From assembly GCA_040285745.1 (NCBI GenBank), contig JAUFOR010000003.1:1302001-1366000 (forward strand): 64,000 nucleotides of DNA. The letters are read 5' to 3'. The stretch is from Barthelona sp. PCE (Eukaryota). Shown here in pieces: positions 8,943 to 17,932 of the stretch; position 1 is the first letter of the stretch; each line of letters opens with the position of its first letter. The notes below the pieces were generated by a model. That model worked only from the letters and a program-made list of their open reading frames with translations, did not search any database and had not been told where the DNA came from. A program made the translations under genes and the position numbers.

Positions 8943-11900
8943 TCAACCCTCAAGGAGCGCCTGTAAGCTCTCAATCTGGTTCTTAAGGCTCTTCTCTACG
9001 CGCTCCGTGCCATCTGTGGCGCCTGACTTGACGATTCCCTTCGCACGTGCTGCATAGTTGAGCGCAATACGCGTCTGTGAGACATTTGTGAATGATGGAC
9101 TGATATTGACAAACATAAGCGTCTTCGAATCACCAACAAGTGCGTCCTGCATGATCTGCGTCAGCGGATGGTCTCTGAATGGAACACGGCCGCTTCCTTC
9201 TGACAAAATTTGAATACATCTGGATAGTAATGAAAGCGAGTAGTTGATCTCAATACCTTCAGTCTTCCGCTGACCCTCCGTGTTTGTGTCACCCAGACGC
9301 TCTGAACCAGCGAGATCCACGAAAAGCATCTTGCCCAGAGAGACATCCTTTGGGTTCTGCTTGTTTGTCGACTTAACCCACGTAAGTAGGATAAGATGAG
9401 AACGTGAGGAGACGCTGTTCATGCTTGTAGACGCAACTACACGTGATCCTTTTGCCTGATCGATAATTTCAAACGACTTCTCAGCTGATTCAACGTTGAC
9501 AAATGTAGCAGCATTTTGTAGCTCAACGCGGCCTCCGACAAGGCGTGGCTTGACGTCCTTCTCCACCTTTGGTTCAAACAAATCGCGAATGTCCTTCAGG
9601 TAAACTTCAACCATGTTATACGAAATTTCCACATCGTAGTCATTCGAATACTTCTCCTTCAGCTCGTAGAGCTTCAAGATCGCACGGGGCGTCACGCCCA
9701 GAAGATCTCTGGGCACAGGCTCGCCTGGATTGTCGTTATCTGGACCATACATTGTGAATGTTTTTCCTGCACCAGTCTGTCCATACGCGAATATAGCAAC
9801 GTTCTTACCATCGAACGGAGCCTGACACAGCCTCTCGACGCTGTTAAACACCTCCTGTTGGGTAGAATCAGAACCATACACTCGATCAAACATCTGCTCG
9901 CGGACTTCTTCCTTTCCACGAACGTTTGTTGTCTTGTCAGCCAGCGTGTACTCGTCCATCGAGAACACAGCTACATGGTCCTCGGGGTCCCCAACCTCCT
10001 TTTTAGACATGGGTCTAATACGTGCATATACACGGATGTTACCCAGAATATCCTCCAACTCGGAGCGGTAAATCATACGCAGTTTGCGCTCCTTCTTAGC
10101 AATGTCCATCGCCTTGGAGCGCATCGCACCGACCTTGGTGATACCGTTCTTGTATGTCTCGATATCCTTCTTAATATCCTCAGCTTTTGCCTCCATCTCA
10201 CCGTATTTCTTAATCTCCTCCTCGAGACCTTCGATCTTATTATTGAGACCCTCAATTGAGCGAACTAACTGCTTAATTTCATCAACTAAATCGCTTTTTC
10301 GTTGCTTCAGAGTAAAGACCTCCTTCTGCATATCCTTGACAGTCTCCTCCAAGTTATCCCTTGCGTGCTGACTCTGTTCGCGGGCCTCCTTCAGCTTCGC
10401 CTGGTTTTCCTCCTCGATTGCTGTGAGTTCACGCTCGTTGGCCGAACGTTGACGAGAAATTTCGTCCTTGAGCTCCTGTTGAGCTGTTTTGAGTTGCTTC
10501 TCGGCAGCACGCATTGATGTACCTGCGCCTTGACGCTCAGTTAATTCAGATTCGAGGGCTGTAAGCGCATCAACCGCTTCTTTATACTCATCCTTTAGCT
10601 CGGCAAGCCGTTTCTCGCTACGAGCTACATCCCTAATAAGCTTAGAGTGATCCTTCTGCCAATCCTTCTCGGTTTGATCCTTTTTCTCGTCGAACTTCTC
10701 TTGTTTGCCTACTATTTCAGCCTGGTGCTCTTCCTTGACAGCGTTTAACTTCTTGCTGAAAAATTCACTTACCTGTTCTTCAGCAACAGCTCTCTGGTCC
10801 TCTGGAAGCTCTACTGTGGCAGCAAACTCTCTAACAAGCGTTTGTAACTGTGATTCGTGCTCTTCCACTGATAAATGAGACTTGTACTCCTCCATTGTGT
10901 TGGCACGAGTAATATTCCTCGCTTCATTGATCTCAACTTCAAGTTGCTCCTTGGTGACGAGTCCATCAGTTCCCACCGAAATATCAGACTGCAACTCCTT
11001 GATTCGTTCACTCGACAATTCCAAACCACCAAAATCTTCACGAACCTCAGCCATCTCCCTTTCGTGATCTGCTTCGGTCACCAGCTGCGTCTCCATCTCC
11101 AATCTGAGATTTTCAGTCATTGTCAGATGTTCATCCATGGCAATAGCTGTGCTCGACAACTCTGCCAACTGATTATCAAGAACGCTCTGCTCCACATAGC
11201 CTGCACCCTTCTTCTGTACGATTTCCGACTCCAAATCTGACCTGACAGCAGTGATATCATCGAGTGTATCGTTCAGCATTGGATTATCCTCAAACAACTT
11301 CTCAACTGCACTGACAAGGTGATTCATAACGAGAAGACTCGTCTCCTCTGGGTTTGCCTCTCTGTGAGTGCGAATCTCGTTCAACTCGTCGCCCAAAGCA
11401 GCATTGTCAGTCTCCAATGCTTCTATCTTGCCCTTCAATGCCTCAACGTCCAGATTTCCATCTAAAAGTTGCTGAAGTTCCGACGCTTCCTCGTCCTTTG
11501 CCTTCATCAGTGCGGTGAGCTCCTTCATCCTCTTCTTCAATTCCTTAAACCGCACATATTCGTCCCCGACTCCTGCAGCCTTAGCGTCTTCGAAATGAGG
11601 GGATCCACCGTGCTCATTGATATAGTTCGAGACAAATGTCTGCACGATGCCACCTATACCAGCCATCTCTGATGCAACCTCTGACTTTTCAGAGGATAAC
11701 ACCAGAAGTTCTTCTTTTGTTCTCCCAACAGTCTCTATAATCTGTTTAAGATTTGTAACGTCATTAGCTGCGATCCAACTTGACATATCCATCACCTCGT
11801 CCTGTAATCTACCCAAAACAATCTTTTCACGTTCCATACTTGTTAACATTTGTAAACGCTCACTCAAATTATTTGGATCTGCCAACAACTCCACTTCTAC

Positions 11901-12743
11901 AAGATTTCCGTGTGATATGAGACGTTTATCAGTCAACGAACTAATTGTAGCATGACTATGGGCCACAGTATCCTGTGCCGCATCGATTTGTTTTTGGACA
12001 TTTTCAATTGTTACTGTTGAAGTTTCCATAACAAACCTAATAAACTTGTGTAATAATACAATGAGCTGGTCAAATGTGAAACCTTCCAATCGCTGCTGGC
12101 TTAAATCATCATCTAGGTCACATAATAACTCGACAACACGCTTTTTAAATGATTTCTGGTCTGCAACAATGACTTGCTCTTCATTCTGATACTCTATGAT
12201 CTTCTCATTCAGTTCTTCCTCGCGTTTAGCAATGCTTGTATCCAAATCATTACTCAGACTCAAGATTTTCGTGTTAATCTCATTAATCTTCTGCTTGATC
12301 TCCTTCTTGAGCTTGTGCTGCGTGTTGATCTCCTCCTTAAGGGAATTAATGTTGTGGTGCTCTTTGAGAATATTCTTTTCCAATGTTTCGAGACGATAAT
12401 TATATTCAACTCGATTCTCTTTGGCGTCGTTTAACGACCGCTCGGTGATCTCAACTGTTCGTTTGTGGCTCAGTTCTTCAAATGCACGGTATTTCTCAAC
12501 GATAGAATGAAGCACTTGCTGAAAATCACTTTGATATTCGGAACACTTCTGTTCTGCTGCGTGCACCTTCTGAAGACCGAAATTGAGTGGCACAAATGCC
12601 TGTTCCACTGCCTGAACGGGAATTAAATCACCATACGCGCTTGGAACATTTTTATAATCTGGAACTCCCTTTTCAGGGGCATATGTTAACATAGAGCCCA
12701 AAATTTCGTTGTTTTGAGGATAGTTAACCTCTTGAAGTTGCAT
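8943..12743 (-). CDS. Kinesin-14 family (C-terminal motor) with long N-terminal coiled coil
   Basis: Neck GNIRVYARIRP, P-loop GQTGAGKT, switch I NSVSSRSH and switch II DLAGSER, all in the C-terminal part. Confidence 0.92.
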   Translation of the reverse strand: MQLQEVNYPQNNEILGSMLTYAPEKGVPDYKNVPSAYGDLIPVQAVEQAFVPLNFGLQKVHAAEQKCSEYQSDFQQVLHSIVEKYRAFEELSHKRTVEITERSLNDAKENRVEYNYRLETLEKNILKEHHNINSLKEEINTQHKLKKEIKQKINEINTKILSLSNDLDTSIAKREEELNEKIIEYQNEEQVIVADQKSFKKRVVELLCDLDDDLSQQRLEGFTFDQLIVLLHKFIRFVMETSTVTIENVQKQIDAAQDTVAHSHATISSLTDKRLISHGNLVEVELLADPNNLSERLQMLTSMEREKIVLGRLQDEVMDMSSWIAANDVTNLKQIIETVGRTKEELLVLSSEKSEVASEMAGIGGIVQTFVSNYINEHGGSPHFEDAKAAGVGDEYVRFKELKKRMKELTALMKAKDEEASELQQLLDGNLDVEALKGKIEALETDNAALGDELNEIRTHREANPEETSLLVMNHLVSAVEKLFEDNPMLNDTLDDITAVRSDLESEIVQKKGAGYVEQSVLDNQLAELSSTAIAMDEHLTMTENLRLEMETQLVTEADHEREMAEVREDFGGLELSSERIKELQSDISVGTDGLVTKEQLEVEINEARNITRANTMEEYKSHLSVEEHESQLQTLVREFAATVELPEDQRAVAEEQVSEFFSKKLNAVKEEHQAEIVGKQEKFDEKKDQTEKDWQKDHSKLIRDVARSEKRLAELKDEYKEAVDALTALESELTERQGAGTSMRAAEKQLKTAQQELKDEISRQRSANERELTAIEEENQAKLKEAREQSQHARDNLEETVKDMQKEVFTLKQRKSDLVDEIKQLVRSIEGLNNKIEGLEEEIKKYGEMEAKAEDIKKDIETYKNGITKVGAMRSKAMDIAKKERKLRMIYRSELEDILGNIRVYARIRPMSKKEVGDPEDHVAVFSMDEYTLADKTTNVRGKEEVREQMFDRVYGSDSTQQEVFNSVERLCQAPFDGKNVAIFAYGQTGAGKTFTMYGPDNDNPGEPVPRDLLGVTPRAILKLYELKEKYSNDYDVEISYNMVEVYLKDIRDLFEPKVEKDVKPRLVGGRVELQNAATFVNVESAEKSFEIIDQAKGSRVVASTSMNSVSSRSHLILLTWVKSTNKQNPKDVSLGKMLFVDLAGSERLGDTNTEGQRKTEGIEINYSLSLLSRCIQILSEGSGRVPFRDHPLTQIMQDALVGDSKTLMFVNISPSFTNVSQTRIALNYAARAKGIVKSGATDGTERVEKSLKNQIESLQALLEG

Positions 12744-13013
12744 AAATCATAAAAACAAACGAAAGATATTGCGATAAAAATAGATAACATCTTTTTCAGT
12801 TTCACTGTAAGTGCCGTGCTGAATATACACCACATTAACCCGTTTTTACTCGCTTAATATCAGCTAAACTAATGTAGTAACTGCAAAACATTTCCCTTAA
12901 CTTTTTGTTTGATAATATAGGTCTTCACACAAGCACATGGACTATCTGCTAGATAACACCTGTAGACAAAGAAACTCTTAACTACAAAATCCTACAAACT
13001 AAAAAGCTTTGAT

Positions 13014-14585
13014 TTATTCCTTAGAAATGAGAACATCACATGTCATCTCCTCGGGGATAGAAAGACCCATCAGATGGAGGACAGTGGGGGCGATATCGGC
13101 AAGAACACCCTGTTCCTTAACAAAAGTTCTACCATCAATGTTGTTGGAAATCCAGTGCAATTTAACCATGGAACATGAGTGGCTAGTCTTAACCAAACCG
13201 TTCTTGTCAACCATCTCATCACTGTTACCGTGATCAGCGGTGATCAAAATGTTAGCATCAAGCTCTGTGAGTAAGAATTCAACTAATCTTCCCAAACATT
13301 CATCAACAATCTCTGCAGACTTCTTGGCGGCTTCGAAGTTACCAGTGTGGCCAACCATATCAGTGTTAGCGTAGTTACACAGAATGAAATCGTACTTTTT
13401 CTTTGAAAGAATGTCAATCATAGTGGTTGTCAAGTTGTAAGCCTCCATCTCTGGGTGGGATGCAAACAGAGCAGCATCGAAACGAGAAGGAACCTCAACT
13501 TGGTCTTCTCCCTCGAAAGGAGCTGTGGACTTGTAATTGAAGAAGGAAGTTACGTGACGGAACTTTTGGGTTTCAGCGATACGTAATTGTGTAAGTCCGT
13601 TATCAGAAATAACCTTACCGACAGTCTCGGGAATGGAATCTTCTTCCTCACCGTTGCCACCACCGAGAAGGAAAGACTCAAACTCATCATAGTATTGAGT
13701 AAAGCCAACATAAGTGACTTCAGGACGACGAGCAAGTGTACCGGGGTAGTCCTCCTCGACAAAGGCACGGGTCAGCTGGATAGCGCGATCTTGACGATAG
13801 TTGGTGTGGATAACAACATCTCCATCTTTGATACCTTCGTATTCCCCAATAACATAAGGAAGAATGTACTCATCAACCATTTCGTCGCCGTCTGGGGTCT
13901 TGTCGTTCTCGTATGAGAAGTGGACAGCCTCTTCAGGTGTGTTTGAGTGACGACCGTTGGGGGCTTCAGCTGTGACAATAGTGTTGAATGCCATGTCAGT
14001 AAGATCCCAGTTACGAGAACGGTCCATACCGTAGTAACGGCCCATGACGGTACCGATGACGGCATTGTTCTTCTCAAGATGCTCCTTGAGGATAGCAAGG
14101 TAACCAAGAGTAGAACGAGGAGGGGTATCACGACCATCAAGGAAGGGGTGGACGACGATCTTACCCTCAGGGTGTTCAGTATGGGCACGTTCCATGAGCT
14201 TGAACATGTGAAGCATGTGAGCGTGGACACCTTCGTCTTGAAGGAGACCAAAGAGATGGAGGGCACCACCAGCCTTGAACTTATCCATACAGGTCTTCCA
14301 AGACTCGACGTCGAAGAAGGCACCGCTCTTCATGCTCTTATCAATCTTTAAGAGTTCCTGATCTTCAACGACACCACGACCAGCATTAAGATGACCAACC
14401 TCAGAACTGCCCTGGACTCCAGCAGGGAGACCGACGTATTCCTCAGAAGCTCCGAGAAGCATAGTAGGATAGTTGGCGTTCCAACTATCATCGTTGGGTG
14501 TGGAAGCTGCGGCAATAGCGTTACCTTCAGCGGAAGCATTGTAGCCCCATCCATCACGGATAATAAGTACAGTTGGTTTAGACAT
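13014..14585 (-). CDS. gpmI: 2,3-bisphosphoglycerate-independent phosphoglycerate mutase
   Basis: IRDGWG, SSEVGH (catalytic Ser), DGRDTPPRS, GRYYGMDR, DMVGHTG and TADHGN motifs. Strong codon bias. Confidence 0.96.
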   Translation of the reverse strand: MSKPTVLIIRDGWGYNASAEGNAIAAASTPNDDSWNANYPTMLLGASEEYVGLPAGVQGSSEVGHLNAGRGVVEDQELLKIDKSMKSGAFFDVESWKTCMDKFKAGGALHLFGLLQDEGVHAHMLHMFKLMERAHTEHPEGKIVVHPFLDGRDTPPRSTLGYLAILKEHLEKNNAVIGTVMGRYYGMDRSRNWDLTDMAFNTIVTAEAPNGRHSNTPEEAVHFSYENDKTPDGDEMVDEYILPYVIGEYEGIKDGDVVIHTNYRQDRAIQLTRAFVEEDYPGTLARRPEVTYVGFTQYYDEFESFLLGGGNGEEEDSIPETVGKVISDNGLTQLRIAETQKFRHVTSFFNYKSTAPFEGEDQVEVPSRFDAALFASHPEMEAYNLTTTMIDILSKKKYDFILCNYANTDMVGHTGNFEAAKKSAEIVDECLGRLVEFLLTELDANILITADHGNSDEMVDKNGLVKTSHSCSMVKLHWISNNIDGRTFVKEQGVLADIAPTVLHLMGLSIPEEMTCDVLISKE

Positions 14586-15926
14586 TGTGAGGTGAAATTA
14601 ACCTTGTGAAAGAGGTAAAAATTCTGGTTATAGTCAAAATGTACTTTTTATGAGGATCTTCAGTGTTCTGATGCCTGAAAATAGTATAGGGTCGCTCAGC
14701 AGGGTGGGTTTTATTTGAATGAGCTTCTTAAGTGAGAGAAAGAATCGGAAGATTTCTATTGTTACGATAATGTATTTCTGTCTACAGCGCAGTATTGCCC
14801 AGGGTTTGAGTGGTCTTTGACATGTGATTGACCTTGAATGCGTTATATGATGAACCTGCTCAGCCTAATTCTGTTTTTAAAAAAAAAGATGCCCTTTCTG
14901 CGGTTACTGTGGGTTATATATCACCTTTTAAATAGTTTTTTTACAAAAAACACAGAATACATGAAATGTAAATACTATTCTCAACATATGACTCATTAAC
15001 AGCATATTTGCGTTATCTTAGGAACCATAATTGTGAAAGAGCTTACTTTTGGTGGCTGAAATTCCAAAAAAGTTAAAAATAAAACATATTAATTTTTTTT
15101 TTTGCGTGTGATCAAAGAATATGCTTTAAATATTAATAAAGTAAACGTCTTTTATCAAATTAAATACTTGTTCAATTTTTAATAGTATTTCAAGGTACTT
15201 TATGTACATTTACCTTGGAGACATTAATAAAAAGTAATTTCTTTTTTTTAAGGTTTTATGGCTATATACTTACATATAACACTGTATTGTAGTGTAATCA
15301 ATACAAAACATACAAAACAAAACCAAGAGATGCGATAGGAAAAAATTTTATACTTTTTAGGCATCATAGTTAAGTATAAAGCATATTTACTATAATGAAC
15401 CTTCACCAGCCGCATAGCAGCAATCATGATGGCGGTGTAACTTCCTTTATTGTGGATTTAAGACAGAAGGTTTGTTTCAGGCAAAAAATTTTTCCCACCA
15501 AATAGCGTATTATTCACAGTGTTTTTATTTAAACGGGGCTTTACCTACATAATAGTTCAGGTAACAGAACTAAAAAGAGTATATTTATAAATTGCAAAGT
15601 TGCAAATACCATTTCTGGAAAATGTCTTGTATTCCAGAGAATAGCGTCTATTCTTTCATGTTATGGCGAAATTATGAGGAATAAACGAGGGTGAAGTCAC
15701 ATAGTTTTAGCATATATGCTCATGCACACCTTCAAAAAAGTTTTCTCGGATATTCTTTATTTTCAGAATGTTTATTCTTTAGTAAACGCACTGAACCTAA
15801 TTCTGAGCACCCAGAAATGTGAGTAATTTAAGAAATGTAGGATGCGAAGTATTGCTTAAATGAGGGTTGTTAGAGGATTCTTTTTTTACCATAGTTACTC
15901 ATTTACTACTTCACTACATAACAACA

Positions 15927-16382
15927 ATGTCCGAAAGAACCAAGCCCGTCAGCCGTTCCGTCAGAGCCGGTGTTTCACTCTCTGTTGGTCGTATCCACAG
16001 ATACCTTAAGCAGGGTAAGTACGCCGACCGTATTGGTGCCGGTGCTCCCGTCTACCTCGCCGCCGTCCTCGATTACTTGATCGCTGAGGTCCTCGATGCC
16101 GCTGGTACCATCACCATGGAGAAGAACCGTCAACGTATCACTCCCCGTCACTTGCTTCTCGGTATGAAGTCCGATACTGAGCTCGCTCAGCTCATCAGCA
16201 ACGTCACCTTCCCTTCTGCAGGTGTTGTTCCTTTCATCCACCCCGAGCTCCTCCCCAAGAAGGGCACTCGTCGTACTCGTTCCGCCAAGGGCAAGGGTAA
16301 GGCCGCCGCTAAGGCTAAGGGTGTTGCCGCCAAGGGTAAGGGCAAGGCCAAGGGCAAGGCTAAGGCTTCCCAGGCCTACTAA
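15927..16382 (+). CDS. H2AX: Histone H2A variant with H2A.X-type SQAY terminus and long Lys/Ala/Gly tail
   Basis: Histone fold SRSVRAGVSLSVGRIHRYLK...GAGAPVYLAAVL...ITPRHL...ELLPKK. First ATG at 15927, giving 151 aa. Confidence 0.88.
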   Translation: MSERTKPVSRSVRAGVSLSVGRIHRYLKQGKYADRIGAGAPVYLAAVLDYLIAEVLDAAGTITMEKNRQRITPRHLLLGMKSDTELAQLISNVTFPSAGVVPFIHPELLPKKGTRRTRSAKGKGKAAAKAKGVAAKGKGKAKGKAKASQAY

Positions 16383-16598
16383 ATGCTCAACCATTTATGT
16401 CGGCTTAACGCTTGTCCTCGGCTTTTTCTGTATTTTTTTCTACTATTTTGCGTTCAGCACCCACACAGCAAGCGTGATCTGTAGACTTAACAAAAGCCGT
16501 TTTTATCGCAGTAAAATATCATAAGATTAAATTCACTCAAATTTATTCTCACTTATGCATAACGTTCAGTCCCAGATCCTAGGTATACAGCATATGAA

Positions 16599-17640
16599 CT
16601 ACAATTTAGCAATGTAGTGGTCAAATAGTGAGCATGTTGAAACGTTACAATTTGAGAGAAATTCCACTATGTTCAAAATGTACTTCTCTGTACTAAATGA
16701 ATCACCATCATGCGTTACCACATCCATTCGCAACTGATATTCGTTCAAAGATGTGCAGCAAATTGCAGTACCAGGAGCTGGAGAGACTACATTATCTTTG
16801 AGTGTGACACCAATGTTCAACACATTTTTCTTCCCGGCACAACTAAATTTCAACACATTGCTGCCGTATAACAGCAGGCCCTTGTCCATAAAGCAATGCT
16901 CAACATTCCAAATAGCTGCAGTTTGAATCGTACTGAAAGCATTATCAACCGGATCATATTTCACGTAATTCATGGTGTTTCCACATCTTAAAAAGCACTC
17001 ATATTCACTGTAAGGGTTGCAAAAATAGACAAATGAATACTGAACCTAAGCTCCCTAAAATGGAAGAAAATAGCCCAAACATGAATTAACTAGAAGATAA
17101 GATCCTAGTCCACAAAAAAAAAAAACGTGTTGCACTAAATTTCTCACCTGATGTTGATCATCATCATCGAACACAACAACAAGAACAACAGGCGGACGAG
17201 GACGATAAACCACCAAGAAGAAAGCTGACATATGAAGATTGTCAAAAAATTCGCACATATCGCATTTGCTATTGAGCAAATATGAGGAAATGAAAGGGCT
17301 AAAAATTCTCAACTCAAAATGTAAATCCCGTTCAGTATCAACGTTAAAAACCTGAAGGTTCTTCATAAACACTTATCAAGAACAAAAGATTCGTTCTTTC
17401 ATAGTTTTAACAAGAATATTGATTTGACTGTATAAACCTACGGTTATATACTATTTCACTTCCATAGTTGAGCAGAAGAATTCCAAATATAAGCCCAATA
17501 GCAGCGAAATCATCCCAACTATAAACTCAACCCAAATAAAAAATTTAAACTTCGGGGGTACATTATAATCCCTTACATTGATTGGAGAAAGCATAGGAAA
17601 ATATGAATTATGCAAACTATTGATCAAAAAGAAAGCTAAA
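16599..17640 (-). pseudogene. Probable decayed or disrupted gene of unknown family
   Basis: Open frames 16599-17045 and 17058-17372 are in the same frame, separated by two TAGs. Further short protein-like pieces lie upstream in shifting frames. Confidence 0.35.
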
Positions 17641-17932
17641 CAGAATCAGTTAAGGATATAAGTTTTTAAGCAGTCAATTTCATCTAACAATACTTTTTTG
17701 AACCGGCCATTGGGATTGGTTATGGCCAGTATTACCGCGCTGCCATGGTTGGCCCATTCAAAACATCCAAAACATGACAACGTCAATCTGCGTACTTTGG
17801 CAGTCAACACACATTCTAAGTGGTCTTACATGCTGAATTTGTAATAAAAAACAGGGAAACAGGTACTTATTCTTTTCAGTATACTGGATTGCTTGCAAAA
17901 TTTTTTAATTCCTTCATTCAACCAACTGAATC

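Noticed and set aside
8943..8945. Stop-codon reassignment, as in hexamitid diplomonads or ciliates
   Set aside because: TAA and TAG end conserved proteins at the expected places (e.g. PKA, ATR), TGA ends the kinesin and the 62509 ORF, and multi-kb ORFs have no internal stops.
13014..14585. Bacterial contamination or chimeric assembly explaining nadE, gpmI, pepD and DUF1015
   Set aside because: The genes are interleaved with eukaryotic genes and show no operon structure. nadE, gpmI and DUF1015 carry the host upstream motif or its variant, three share the host codon bias, and pepD has a spliceosomal intron.
14641..14875. U3 snoRNA (GTACTT...AGGATC box A-like, AGTGAG, TGATGA)
   Set aside because: No properly placed box D or B/C kink-turn geometry, and the box A match is partial.
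15867..15926. Longer track starts (15867, 21843, 21918, 24741, 25942, 62421, 204)
   Set aside because: Most are TTG/GTG starts or run through promoter-like sequence. The downstream ATG fits homology and, in most cases, follows a CCTTT-type element.
16383..16460. Histone 3' stem-loop
   Set aside because: No 6-bp stem with a 4-nt U-rich loop follows the stop.
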